Positions 28,412 to 37,450 of a DNA stretch of 64,000 bases are shown in pieces. The position numbers and the translations under genes are program-made. The notes beneath the pieces were generated by a model. It was given only the letters and a program-made list of their open reading frames with translations. It did not search any database and was not told the origin of the DNA. The first letter of the stretch is position 1. Each line of letters starts with the position of its first letter. Origin of the DNA: Candidatus Thioglobus sp. (lineage in GTDB: Bacteria > Pseudomonadota > Gammaproteobacteria > PS1 > Pseudothioglobaceae); the NCBI RefSeq assembly GCF_018644675.1, contig NZ_JABGQC010000001.1. The stretch is one strand, 5' to 3'.

Positions 28412-29866
28412 ATGAGCTTTAAAACAACCTGTCCTTATTGTGGTGTTGGCTGCGGCATAGATATCAGTCGATCAGGATCAACCCTGAAGCTAACGGGCGA
28501 TAAAGCCTCGCCTGTTAACCAGGGAATGTTATGCATTAAAGGCCAAACCCTATTAGAAACGGTTGGCACTGATGAAGATAGACTGCTATATCCATCAATT
28601 GGTAGTTGGGAAAAAGCTGTACACACCATTCGTGATAATTTTTTAACCACGCCAAAGAGTGAAATTGCCTTGTATGTATCCGGGCAAATGTTGATGGAAG
28701 ACTTGTACGTGGCCAAGAAATTTGCAGACGCATTCGGCATTAAAAATATCGAGAGTAATTCTCGCTTGTGTATGTATTCAACAGTGGAAGCCAATAAAAG
28801 AGCCTATGGCGCTGATATTGTTCCTGTTTCTTATAATGATATTTACTTAGCTGAAACCATTTTTATCATTGGTAGCAATACCGCTGATTGCCATCCAATT
28901 GTGTTTAACCATATTAAAAAATCCAAAGCTTTTGTGGTGTGTGTTGATGTGTATGAAACCACAACTGCCAAAAGATCAGATTTATTTATTAAAGTAAAGG
29001 CAGGCCAGGATATGACGCTGATTGATGATTTGGTGAATCAGCCCTGGTTTAAAGATAAAAAAACGCTCAGTATTTACTCCCAAGGGCTAACCCAATCAAC
29101 CGATGCTACTGACAAAGTAAACGCTTTGATTAATGCACATATTTATACAGGCAATATTAACAAACCCGGTTGTGGTGTTTTGTCGCTCACCGGCCAGTCA
29201 AATGCTATGGGTGGGCGCGAGTTGGGTATACGAACAGCCGATCTAACTGCAACAGAATTTTTCTCAACAGAGCAAATTAAAACCCTCTGGGTAATGGCGA
29301 CAAATCCAGCCCATAGCATGATTAACTACCGACAATTTGACACTTTGATCGTTTCAGACTTTACCAAAACACTCACTACAGAAGATGCGGATATCATTCT
29401 GCCGGCATGCTCTTGGAGTGAGAAAACAGGTCATCAAAAAAATTCAGAGCGTCGGTATTTAAAGCAAAACGCCTTCTTGCCTCCAGCAGGAGAGTCCAAG
29501 CCAGATTGGGAGATTATTTGTCTGGTGGCCAAGTCACTTGGTCTTAAGGGTTTTGAGTATCAATCTGCAGCTGAAATATGGCATGAGATGGATGTTGATC
29601 AGCATTGGTCAGCTCAAGTTAAAGTGCCTGAAATACCGGTTGAAATTAAAAGTACTAATCGTAACTACGAAAACTCTATTAACAATGGTCGGTTGCTGAC
29701 GCAGTGGCATGGCATGTCTCGCACTCAAAAAAGCAAAACTCTAAATGAAATGACAAAGCAAAATCCTGATACAGTGTCAATACATCATATCACCAATGCT
29801 GAGCTATTTAAAGATAAGGAAGTTGAGTTAGATCGTTACTCAAGGCAGCCGTGTTTTAAGGGCTAG
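28412..29866 (+). CDS. nasA: Assimilatory nitrate reductase catalytic subunit homologue, strongly shortened (484 aa)
   Basis: N-terminal [11 protein letters not shown] 4Fe-4S motif, Mo-ligand region [19 protein letters not shown] and TNPAHS motifs. It ends inside the C-terminal barrel domain, and its stop overlaps the convergent pdxB stop. Confidence 0.7.
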   Translation: MSFKTTCPYCGVGCGIDISRSGSTLKLTGDKASPVNQGMLCIKGQTLLETVGTDEDRLLYPSIGSWEKAVHTIRDNFLTTPKSEIALYVSGQMLMEDLYVAKKFADAFGIKNIESNSRLCMYSTVEANKRAYGADIVPVSYNDIYLAETIFIIGSNTADCHPIVFNHIKKSKAFVVCVDVYETTTAKRSDLFIKVKAGQDMTLIDDLVNQPWFKDKKTLSIYSQGLTQSTDATDKVNALINAHIYTGNINKPGCGVLSLTGQSNAMGGRELGIRTADLTATEFFSTEQIKTLWVMATNPAHSMINYRQFDTLIVSDFTKTLTTEDADIILPACSWSEKTGHQKNSERRYLKQNAFLPPAGESKPDWEIICLVAKSLGLKGFEYQSAAEIWHEMDVDQHWSAQVKVPEIPVEIKSTNRNYENSINNGRLLTQWHGMSRTQKSKTLNEMTKQNPDTVSIHHITNAELFKDKEVELDRYSRQPCFKG

Positions 29867-30900
29867 GCAATGGGTAGTGTTACCTTGCTGTTGTAATGAG
29901 GCCATTCATAGCGAATGGGGTAATTTCGGCGGTAATATTCAAAATTTTCTAAATTTTTAATGGCCAAAGTGTCTTGTTTAAAGTCATAAACCTCATTCAA
30001 ACAATCAAGTAGATTATCACTTTTTAGTGATAAAACGCCAGGATTTATCAAATTTTTAATACTTTCTTGCTGTTTTTCGCCTAAAAAATCACATAAAGCT
30101 TCATAAACCATGAAACTTCCCATAAATTTGGCGTCAACTGAATGCCCTGCGATGTGTGGTGAAGCCAAATAGGCAGTTTTTTGTAAGTTTTGGTTAATAT
30201 TTGGCTCGTTTTCCCAACAATCAATCACATTTTCTAGCGTTTTCGTTTTTTCCCAAATTTTTTCATCAATCACACCACCTCGAGCAGCATTAAAAAGAAT
30301 GGTTTTGTCGCTAATACAGTGAAAATTAGCTTGATTTAGTAGTTTAAAGCTCGGAAAGTCACCATTAAAAGTTAGCGGTGTATGAAAGGTGACAATATCT
30401 GCACTCAGCGCTGTGTCAAGATTAACAAAATTTGGCAAATTTTCATTTTGCTGGCGTATTGGATCATTAAGTAAGGTTTTAATGCCTAATAGTTCTGCTT
30501 TGGCGGCTAGTCGTGAACCAACATTGCCCACACCGATAATGCCTAGTGTTTTATCTTGATAGTTAAAGTTGTGTTTGTCCGCTAGATTGAGAATAGTGGC
30601 GATAACAAATTCTGCAACTGCCATCGAGTTACAGCCTTGAGCTGAGAAAAAACGAATATTGTTATCTTTCAAATAATCTTGATCAACATGGTCAAGTCCT
30701 GCCACAGTTGAGCCAACAAACTTAATTGAGCTGCCTTTAAGCAGTGCTTCATTAACCTGCGTGCGTGAGCGCACAATTAATACGTCACAATCTTTTACTG
30801 AGGATGTATCTATATCACGCCCAGCCATTGTAATAATCTCTCCAAACGATGAGAAAATTTCGTTATAAGCGTAGCAGGCATCGTCAATTATTAATTTCAT
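29863..30900 (-). CDS. pdxB: 4-phosphoerythronate dehydrogenase
   Basis: 345 aa. MKLIIDD...VRS.T.VN..LL....I.FVG....G.DHVD pattern typical of PdxB, and NAD fold GIIGVGNVG. Confidence 0.85.
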   Translation of the reverse strand: MKLIIDDACYAYNEIFSSFGEIITMAGRDIDTSSVKDCDVLIVRSRTQVNEALLKGSSIKFVGSTVAGLDHVDQDYLKDNNIRFFSAQGCNSMAVAEFVIATILNLADKHNFNYQDKTLGIIGVGNVGSRLAAKAELLGIKTLLNDPIRQQNENLPNFVNLDTALSADIVTFHTPLTFNGDFPSFKLLNQANFHCISDKTILFNAARGGVIDEKIWEKTKTLENVIDCWENEPNINQNLQKTAYLASPHIAGHSVDAKFMGSFMVYEALCDFLGEKQQESIKNLINPGVLSLKSDNLLDCLNEVYDFKQDTLAIKNLENFEYYRRNYPIRYEWPHYNSKVTLPIA

Positions 30901-30938
30901 ATTTTTTAGTTTTGGAGGAAGGCAAGGCCTTCCTCTTT

Positions 30939-31607
30939 CTACCAGTTTATAGATTTAAGTTTATGTATTTTAAGGTACTCATTGGTTTTGGAAAAATGTT
31001 TACAACCAAAAAAACCTTTATGTGCTGAAAAAGGCGAAGGGTGTGAGGCGCTCAATACCAAATGCTTGTTTTGATCAATTAGTTCGATTTTTTTCTGGGC
31101 ATGAGCGCCCCAGAGTAAAAACACCAAATTTTGTTTTTTGTCGCTGAGTAATTGAATGACTGATTCAGTGAAATCAACCCAAGGGGTTTTGGCGTGTGAT
31201 CCAGGTGAGTTTTTTTCAACTGTAAGCGCGCTATTAAGGAGTAGTACACCTTGTTTTGCCCAATGCTCTAGACTGCCGCTTGGATTTGGAGGTATGCCCA
31301 GGTCCAGTTCTAATTCTTGGTAAATATTCCTAAGGGATGGTGGAATCTTAACCCCCTCTGGCACAGAAAAGCTTAGTCCGTGTGCTTGATGTTCATTATG
31401 ATAAGGATCTTGGCCAACGATAACAACCTTGGTTTGCTTAAAGTTGCTGAGTTCAAAAGCATTAAAAATCTGGTCTTTGGGTGGAAATAGAGTGAGATTG
31501 TTACTTTCTTGATGGGTTAAAAAGTCAGTTAAGCGCAGGTAGGACTCGCGCTTAAATAGGGGGTCTAGGTGTATAGACCAGTCGTTACTTACAATCCTGC
31601 CCACCAC
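30939..31607 (-). CDS. ung: Uracil-DNA glycosylase
   Basis: 222 aa. GQDPYH, GLSFSV, LLLN and HPSP motifs. Confidence 0.95.
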   Translation of the reverse strand: MVGRIVSNDWSIHLDPLFKRESYLRLTDFLTHQESNNLTLFPPKDQIFNAFELSNFKQTKVVIVGQDPYHNEHQAHGLSFSVPEGVKIPPSLRNIYQELELDLGIPPNPSGSLEHWAKQGVLLLNSALTVEKNSPGSHAKTPWVDFTESVIQLLSDKKQNLVFLLWGAHAQKKIELIDQNKHLVLSASHPSPFSAHKGFFGCKHFSKTNEYLKIHKLKSINW

Positions 31608-32089
31608 AGTCTTAAGCGATAGCCCAATGTGGTTACATAACCAATTTCAGTAAATTGAATTTGACCTTTGGTGTTAACAAAGAAGCTACTGGGTGTGCCT
31701 TTAACGCCAAAAAGTTTTGAGATAGAGCCTGATTGATCGTTAATAATATTATCAAGTTGCATATTGTTATCTTCAGCATGTGCTTGAATTTCAAGATCGC
31801 TACCTGATTGAATGGCAATATTAAGCACCTTAAAATCTTTTGAAATGGCTTGAATATTGTCATTTTCTAAATTACAAACCGGACACCAAGTTGCCCAGAA
31901 ATGAATAAGCACACCTTGATCCGGAAGTGGGCTGGAATTTATCACTTCACCACTGAGTGTCTGAGAGCTGAAGCTTGGCACTTGACCTGTGGTTAGATCT
32001 TGTTGTTGATAGGCGCGAATGATAAAAATGGCTAAAACAATCATCATAAGCTGCATGATGGTTTTACGCTTTGGTCGTTTAATGTTCAT
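31589..32089 (-). CDS. Membrane-anchored thioredoxin-like thiol:disulfide oxidoreductase (TlpA/ResA type)
   Basis: 166 aa. N-terminal anchor and the WATWCPVC active site. Confidence 0.75.
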   Translation of the reverse strand: MNIKRPKRKTIMQLMMIVLAIFIIRAYQQQDLTTGQVPSFSSQTLSGEVINSSPLPDQGVLIHFWATWCPVCNLENDNIQAISKDFKVLNIAIQSGSDLEIQAHAEDNNMQLDNIINDQSGSISKLFGVKGTPSSFFVNTKGQIQFTEIGYVTTLGYRLRLWWAGL

Positions 32090-32170
32090 TTTTAAATTAT
32101 ATCCTAAGCGCTCAATCTATAAATTTTTACCCTTGTTTGTTTTTAGAATATGTCGTCTTATAAAAAAAGT

Positions 32171-32184
32171 TTGACCAAAATCAA
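32171..32184. promoter_or_regulatory. FNR-type box TTGAC-CAAA-ATCAA
   Basis: Read directly. About 92 bp upstream of the crp/fnr gene at 32270. Confidence 0.55.
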
Positions 32185-32190
32185 GAATTA

Positions 32191-32204
32191 TTAACCTAGG
32201 TTAT
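32191..32204. promoter_or_regulatory. TAAC-type box TTAAC-CTAG-GTTAT
   Basis: Member of the wyAAC-N4-GTTrw family. It lies 6 bp after the FNR-type box. Confidence 0.45.
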
Positions 32205-32269
32205 TTTTTATTTAAACAGTGAATCATATAATGTGCTTGTCAAATTAATTTAATACCTGGGGGTTTGAA

Positions 32270-32995
32270 ATGATTTCTGCAAAAAATTACCACAATAAAT
32301 ACTATAAGTTTTTGGAAAAGACGTCTATATTTAAAGATATAGATACGAACGATCTGGTCGATTTTCTTGAGACGATTAAAATTAAGCAATATCGCAAAGG
32401 GGAGATGGTCACCTTTGATTCGCAAGAGCATGCCAAGTGTTATATTGTATTTGATGGCTTGTTCAAACTTACCAGAGTAGATGAGCGGGGTGATGAAATA
32501 GTCATTGCCCTGGTGGATAAAAAAGACATTGTGTCGCCAATGCATTATTCTAAGCATTATGACATTTGTGCAGAATTCGTTAAAAATACCACTTTGATTT
32601 ATTTTAATAAAGATGAAATTGAGCGATTCACAGAGAAAAGCCATCAATTCTCTACCAACATCATTACTTATTTGGCAGGCAATGTGCAGAAATTGATGGT
32701 TAATGCCGAGGTGTTGCAATTGAAATCTGCCAAGGAGAAAGTGGGCTGGTATTTGGTGCACAGCAAAATTAACAACACATTTAGATTGCCTTATTCAAAA
32801 AGCCTGATTGCCTCTTATTTGGGGATAAAGCCCGAGTCTTTTTCAAGAGCGTTAATTTTATTAAAAGAAGAGGGTATTAGCCTTGCCAACAAGACTATTA
32901 ATCTTGAAAGTGGTGATGAGCTGTGTAAATATTGCGACAAAGTGACGGGATCAAGTTGCCGCTCTTTTGAGTCTGAAGGCTGTGCACACGCTTAG
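32270..32995 (+). CDS. Crp/Fnr-family regulator with a C-terminal Cys cluster
   Basis: 241 aa. cNMP-like beta-barrel and an HTH with the FNR-type recognition motif E-SFSR (PESFSRAL). C-terminal CKYCDKVTGSSCRSFESEGC. No N-terminal Cys cluster. Confidence 0.85.
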   Translation: MISAKNYHNKYYKFLEKTSIFKDIDTNDLVDFLETIKIKQYRKGEMVTFDSQEHAKCYIVFDGLFKLTRVDERGDEIVIALVDKKDIVSPMHYSKHYDICAEFVKNTTLIYFNKDEIERFTEKSHQFSTNIITYLAGNVQKLMVNAEVLQLKSAKEKVGWYLVHSKINNTFRLPYSKSLIASYLGIKPESFSRALILLKEEGISLANKTINLESGDELCKYCDKVTGSSCRSFESEGCAHA

Positions 32996-32996
32996 T

Positions 32997-33476
32997 TTAA
33001 TTCGTTTTTCCGGCTTTAGCCGCTCTGGCTAACACAGCTTGCTTTTTGTCAATATATTCAACAATTTTACTTGCATGCTCGAGTGTTGGTTTTAGGGCTA
33101 AAGCCTGCTGCGCCATTGCTTTGGATGCTTCGTAAAATCCAAGATGCAGATAGGCAACAGACATAGATGTAAAGACCTTTGGATCTGTTGGCTCTAATAG
33201 CGCCGCCTCTTGATAATAACCGATTGCCTCCTGGTTTTTGTTTTGTCCAATATATAAATTGGCTAATTCTACATAAGCTTGCTTACTGGGAGAATTTGCA
33301 ATTATATTTTTGAGCTTTTGCTCAGACTCTTTGAATTTATTATCTTGCATTATTTGACCTACCTGTTGCAAAATTTTGCTTGAATCTGGTAATTTTGCCA
33401 GGGCAGGGTAGTTTAAAGCAGTGATACAAAATAGTAGCAATGTGATTAGTTTTTTTGATTTCATTTTCTTATCCAT
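32997..33476 (-). CDS. Secreted TPR-repeat protein
   Basis: 159 aa. Signal peptide followed by TPR-like repeats (AYVELANLYIGQNKNQEAIGYYQEA..., FTSMSVAYLHLGFYEASKAMAQQAL). Confidence 0.7.
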   Translation of the reverse strand: MDKKMKSKKLITLLLFCITALNYPALAKLPDSSKILQQVGQIMQDNKFKESEQKLKNIIANSPSKQAYVELANLYIGQNKNQEAIGYYQEAALLEPTDPKVFTSMSVAYLHLGFYEASKAMAQQALALKPTLEHASKIVEYIDKKQAVLARAAKAGKTN

Positions 33477-33488
33477 ATAAAAAATAGT

Positions 33489-33526
33489 AAAAAAAATACC
33501 CCTGTCAAGTTGCCTTGTCAGGGGTA
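33489..33526 (-). terminator. Rho-independent terminator between the hao-like gene and the TPR gene
   Basis: On the minus strand, TACCCCTGACAAG / CTTGACAGGGGTA stem with one mismatch, followed by a T8-9 run. Confidence 0.65.
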
Positions 33527-33552
33527 TTTAAGTTAAAACTTATGAGGCTTTG

Positions 33553-35013
33553 TTATTTTTCAAATTGAGCCTTAAAGTCTGCAGTCGCCTTCTTGCGAAT
33601 CTCCTGCTGTTTGGCGCTCATCTTGCCCAGGTACCATTTATGGTTATCCGAGTTGAGCACTTCATCAATGGTTGCCTGTAAAAGCGCAGCAGACACTTGT
33701 TTCTTCTCAGATGTAGAGCGCATACCTTTTTCAACTAGGTACTCTAATTCTGGAATGAACTTAGCATAGAAATGCTTAGCAACTTCATAAGTACCATGCC
33801 AATGAGTGATATCAGGACCCATCATTGCGGCGCCATGACGAGCTCGACGACCTTCGTGATGCCAGATTTCAAACCAAATAAAGTCAATCTTATTAGAGAA
33901 TTTAACTGGCTTCATCAATGGTTTAGCGGCCTTCATTAACTTAATACCAGGCTTGGCAAACTTTTCATTGTACAAGTTAACCAATCCATCATATTGTGTA
34001 TAGAAGTTTTCAATATAGTCTTCTGAGTGACAAGCGGAACAAACATCTTGCATGTTGTCTCGACGAGTTTCCCAATCGACGTGTTGACCAGGTAGATCCA
34101 TTTTCTTATCAGACACTTCAGGACGAATAGATACTGGTGGGCGATTGTTCCAAGAGATGCGCATACCTACATCATGTGTCACATCTTGATCTTTAGTCGC
34201 ACCCATATGACAAGTTGAGCAAGTTGGGGCGGTGTAGTAATCTTCACCAGGAACCCACTTGGACTTATCCATACCTAATTGACCTTTTTGAGAAGCATAT
34301 TGAATACCATGCTTAGACTCATTGTAGATTTCGATATGTGGATGATCAGGGCCCATATGACACTTACCACAGGTTTCAGGTGCACGTGCTTGCTCTACCG
34401 AGAAGCTATGACGAGAATGACAAGCTGTGCAAGCTCCTTCTGAGCCATCAGGGTTGATTCTACCAATACCTGTGTTTGGCCATGTTGCAGGATCTAGCGC
34501 ACCATTTTCTAGTACCTTCACCTGTGAACCGTGACACTGCCAACAGCCATTAACGGCAGCAGCAGAATTACCATCAGGGAATCCTTCTGTTACAAAGCCA
34601 CTATTACCCTCCACAACCTCTGCTAATAAATTATCTAGCGATCCTAGAATTCGACCTGCTTTAGCATGGTGTGAATCTTCAGTTTGTTTAACTTCGTGAG
34701 CGTGGCAATTTGCACAATCACGTGGGGATACGATAATGGAGATTAGTTTTTTATCGCCTTTCTTACCATGCAAGAAAGCATCTTTATCTCCAGGATCAGC
34801 AGCGTGACATTCGTAACAGCCTACTTTAGCACGATGATGTTTGCTGTCCCCCCATTGCTGGACGATGCCGTTATTGTTCTTTTTATGGCAAGTGGCACAT
34901 TGCTTACTAGTCTCTGACATTTGAGCGGGCGGCTCAGTAACTGACGAAAACGCCGAGCTACTTAAAAACATCAAAGATAAAAAGAAAATTAAACTTTTTA
35001 TAATTGCTTTCAT
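33553..35013 (-). CDS. hao: Octahaem cytochrome c of the hydroxylamine oxidoreductase (HAO) family
   Basis: 486 aa with a signal peptide and eight CxxCH motifs (CATCH, CYECH, CANCH, CWQCH, CTACH, CGKCH, CSTCH, CSACH). CTACHSRHSFS...RAPETCGKCHMGPDH...YNESKHG closely parallels, from memory, the haem 5-6 region of Nitrosomonas HAO. Confidence 0.85.
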   Translation of the reverse strand: MKAIIKSLIFFLSLMFLSSSAFSSVTEPPAQMSETSKQCATCHKKNNNGIVQQWGDSKHHRAKVGCYECHAADPGDKDAFLHGKKGDKKLISIIVSPRDCANCHAHEVKQTEDSHHAKAGRILGSLDNLLAEVVEGNSGFVTEGFPDGNSAAAVNGCWQCHGSQVKVLENGALDPATWPNTGIGRINPDGSEGACTACHSRHSFSVEQARAPETCGKCHMGPDHPHIEIYNESKHGIQYASQKGQLGMDKSKWVPGEDYYTAPTCSTCHMGATKDQDVTHDVGMRISWNNRPPVSIRPEVSDKKMDLPGQHVDWETRRDNMQDVCSACHSEDYIENFYTQYDGLVNLYNEKFAKPGIKLMKAAKPLMKPVKFSNKIDFIWFEIWHHEGRRARHGAAMMGPDITHWHGTYEVAKHFYAKFIPELEYLVEKGMRSTSEKKQVSAALLQATIDEVLNSDNHKWYLGKMSAKQQEIRKKATADFKAQFEK

Positions 35014-35089
35014 TGCATTTCTCCTATAGATTTTTATAACAAAATAGTGATTTTCGATGCAATCTTAACTTATTTAAAAAAATATAAAA

Positions 35090-35103
35090 ACAACTTAGGT
35101 TAT
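35090..35103. promoter_or_regulatory. TAAC-type box ACAAC-TTAG-GTTAT
   Basis: In the hao/napD divergent intergenic region. Confidence 0.4.
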
Positions 35104-35128
35104 CAAAATAAAACTATTTTTTATTAAG

Positions 35129-35142
35129 ATAACATAGGTCAA
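35129..35142. promoter_or_regulatory. TAAC-type box ATAAC-ATAG-GTCAA
   Basis: In the hao/napD divergent intergenic region. Confidence 0.4.
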
Positions 35143-35167
35143 GAAAAACGTTAAAAATTATAAAAAA

Positions 35168-35181
35168 TTAACCTATATTAT
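35168..35181. promoter_or_regulatory. TAAC-type box TTAAC-CTAT-ATTAT (degenerate right half)
   Basis: In the hao/napD divergent intergenic region. Confidence 0.3.
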
Positions 35182-35300
35182 TGAAATTAAAGGAAATTTT
35201 ATTAGAATGCAATTGTGCCTTCTGTATATTATTCTCCCAATATAGTAGCTAACAGGAGGCACGCCTTCTTTATCATTTCAATACCGTGAGTTAACTAAAA

Positions 35301-35314
35301 ACAATCTATGTTGT
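35301..35314. promoter_or_regulatory. TAAC-type box ACAAT-CTAT-GTTGT
   Basis: About 75 bp upstream of the napD ATG. Confidence 0.35.
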
Positions 35315-35382
35315 TGTTAATTTGGGGTGTCTTTTTTATAATGTCAGTCTATATTTAAAATTGGTATTGGGTGGTCTTAACA

Positions 35383-35637
35383 ATGGAGCAGACTAAGGAT
35401 AGTATTGATATTTGTGGCGTTTTAGTGCACACAAGTAAAGGTAAGGAAGAAGAGGTAAAAAATGCACTCAGCATAATAGAAGGCGTCGAAGTGCATCATA
35501 CAACACAAGATTCACGATTACTAGTCACCATTGAGCTCCAAGGCAGACAACAAATTATGGATACCATGGGCAGTTTTAACGATATACCTTATGTAATTTC
35601 TACTGTATTAACTTACCAACACTCAGAAGAAGTATAG
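35383..35637 (+). CDS. napD: NapD, NapA signal-peptide-binding chaperone
   Basis: About 84 aa from ATG 35383; the track ORF starts at GTG 35371. ICGVLVHT...VEVHH...LLVTIE pattern of NapD. First gene of the nap cluster. Confidence 0.8.
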   Translation: MEQTKDSIDICGVLVHTSKGKEEEVKNALSIIEGVEVHHTTQDSRLLVTIELQGRQQIMDTMGSFNDIPYVISTVLTYQHSEEV

Positions 35638-35648
35638 GCTTGGGCAGT

Positions 35649-36491
35649 ATGGCAATTTCTCGTCGAGAGTTTTTCATAAATTCTGCAAAATTAGCCACCA
35701 CATCAGCCCTGATTGCTACCGGGCTCATCAGTTATTCAAAATATGCGTATGCAATTCCAGCAACTGCCATACGCCCGCCTGGCGCCTTAAAAGAAAAAGA
35801 GTTTATTTCAGCTTGTATTCGTTGCGGGTTGTGTGTCAATGATTGCCCATTTCCAACCTTATCGCTAGCAACTGAAAAAGACAATATAGCAATTGGCACT
35901 CCTTTCTTTACTGCGCGTAAAGCAGGATGCGAGATGTGCGACGATATTCCTTGTGTAAAGGCCTGTCCAACGGGTGCTTTGGATAAAAATCTAACTGATA
36001 TTAACGATGCAAAAATGGGTCTTGCTCGTATTGTTGATACCCAGGGGTGCATCGCTTATCAAGGTTTAAGATGCGAGGTGTGTTTTAATGTTTGTCCAAT
36101 TCGCGGCAAGGCCATTACAGTTGAAATGAAGCACAATGAGCGTAGTGGCAAACATACATTGTTTATTCCTGTAGTTCATTATGATCATTGCACTGGCTGT
36201 GGCAAGTGTGAAGAAGCTTGCATTATGGAGGAAGCTGTTATTAAGGTGTTACCCGTAAAGCTGGCTATGGGTAAGCGTCAAGATCATTACAGGCTTGGCT
36301 GGGAAGAAAAACAAAAGGCAGGAGAGTCATTAGTTTCTCCAGATATTGAGCATCAATACAACCTACCTGAAGGTAAGAAGTACGACTTGCAGGGTGAGGG
36401 TCTGACAGATGTCAAGATAGAGTCCAAACTAAACAATGCACTCGATAAGCTTAACAGCTTTAATCCTTTGTTTGAAATTAAGAGAAAATGA
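35649..36491 (+). CDS. napG: NapG, periplasmic ferredoxin-type subunit of the NapGH quinol dehydrogenase
   Basis: Tat signal MAISRREFF. Four ferredoxin-type Cys clusters (CIRCGLCVNDCP, CEMCDDIPCVKACP, CEVCFNVCP, CTGCGKCEEAC). Confidence 0.85.
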   Translation: MAISRREFFINSAKLATTSALIATGLISYSKYAYAIPATAIRPPGALKEKEFISACIRCGLCVNDCPFPTLSLATEKDNIAIGTPFFTARKAGCEMCDDIPCVKACPTGALDKNLTDINDAKMGLARIVDTQGCIAYQGLRCEVCFNVCPIRGKAITVEMKHNERSGKHTLFIPVVHYDHCTGCGKCEEACIMEEAVIKVLPVKLAMGKRQDHYRLGWEEKQKAGESLVSPDIEHQYNLPEGKKYDLQGEGLTDVKIESKLNNALDKLNSFNPLFEIKRK

Positions 36492-37348
36492 AAAAAACCA
36501 ATATCTGTAAAATAGTTGGCCAAGATGTCAAGAGTTCTAGAGGTTGGTTTAGCGCCAATAAATACCTGCTATTGCGTCGAGTATCACAGCTAAGTATTTT
36601 AGGTTTATTCTTGTTAGGTCCTTGGTTTGATATATGGATTATAAAGGGCAATCTTAGTTCTAGTCTTATACTTGACACAGTTCCGTTGACAGATCCTTTT
36701 GTTTTATTACAATCTATTTTTGCGGGCCATTCAGTGGCGACTGACGCATTAATTGGCGCCTTGATTGTGCTGGTATTTTATTTATTTGTTGGTGGTCGGG
36801 TTTTTTGTTCGTGGGTATGTCCTGTTAATATTGTGACTGATTCAGCATCATGGTTGCGTTGTAAATTGGGCATTAAAACAAGTAGTGGTGGCGTGTCAAA
36901 TAAAACGCGTTATTGGTTGTTAACAACCATAATGATTGCTGCATTTATCACTGGATCTATCGTTTGGGAGTTGATAAACCCTGTTTCAATCCTGCATCGC
37001 GGTATTATTTTTGGCATGAGCTTTGGCTGGTTTTTAATTGCTTTTATATTTTTATTTGACGCTCTTGTTGTAAAAAGAGGCTGGTGTTCACGCATCTGTC
37101 CAATGGGCGCTTTTTATTCCTTATTGGGAAAATTTTCAATACTTAGGGTTAACGCTAAAGACCGAAAAGAGTGTACTGACTGCTTGGAATGCTATATTGT
37201 CTGTCCAGAGTCACAAGTAATCAATCCTGCTTTAAAAGGTAAGGGTGGTATTGTCATTATGGATGGAAATTGTACCAATTGCGGCAGATGTATTGACATT
37301 TGCGAGCCAAAAGTTTTTAGTTACTCCTCTCGAATAAAAAGAAATTAG
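36488..37348 (+). CDS. napH: NapH, membrane-bound iron-sulfur subunit
   Basis: 286 aa with four hydrophobic helices, CxxxCP motifs (CSWVCP, CSRICP) and C-terminal CTDCLECYIVCP and CTNCGRCIDIC. Overlaps the napG stop. Confidence 0.85.
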   Translation: MKKTNICKIVGQDVKSSRGWFSANKYLLLRRVSQLSILGLFLLGPWFDIWIIKGNLSSSLILDTVPLTDPFVLLQSIFAGHSVATDALIGALIVLVFYLFVGGRVFCSWVCPVNIVTDSASWLRCKLGIKTSSGGVSNKTRYWLLTTIMIAAFITGSIVWELINPVSILHRGIIFGMSFGWFLIAFIFLFDALVVKRGWCSRICPMGAFYSLLGKFSILRVNAKDRKECTDCLECYIVCPESQVINPALKGKGGIVIMDGNCTNCGRCIDICEPKVFSYSSRIKRN

Positions 37349-37354
37349 TACAAA

Positions 37355-37368
37355 ACAACCTATGTTAA
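37355..37368. promoter_or_regulatory. TAAC-type box ACAAC-CTAT-GTTAA in the napH-napA gap
   Basis: In the 102-bp gap inside the nap cluster, about 90 bp upstream of the napA ATG. Confidence 0.4.
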
Positions 37369-37450
37369 TGAAATAAAACGTTGAAGCGTTTAAAGTTGTT
37401 AGTTCATTTTAATAGCTAATTTATTTCAATAAAATTTACGAGGAGAAGAG

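Noticed and set aside
30915-30935. GAGGAAGGC / GCCTTCCTC hairpin between ung and pdxB as a terminator.
   Set aside because: The 3-nt loop is tight and there is no U-rich tail on the minus strand where it would be needed. At best it is a weak or Rho-assisted site, so I did not list it as a feature.
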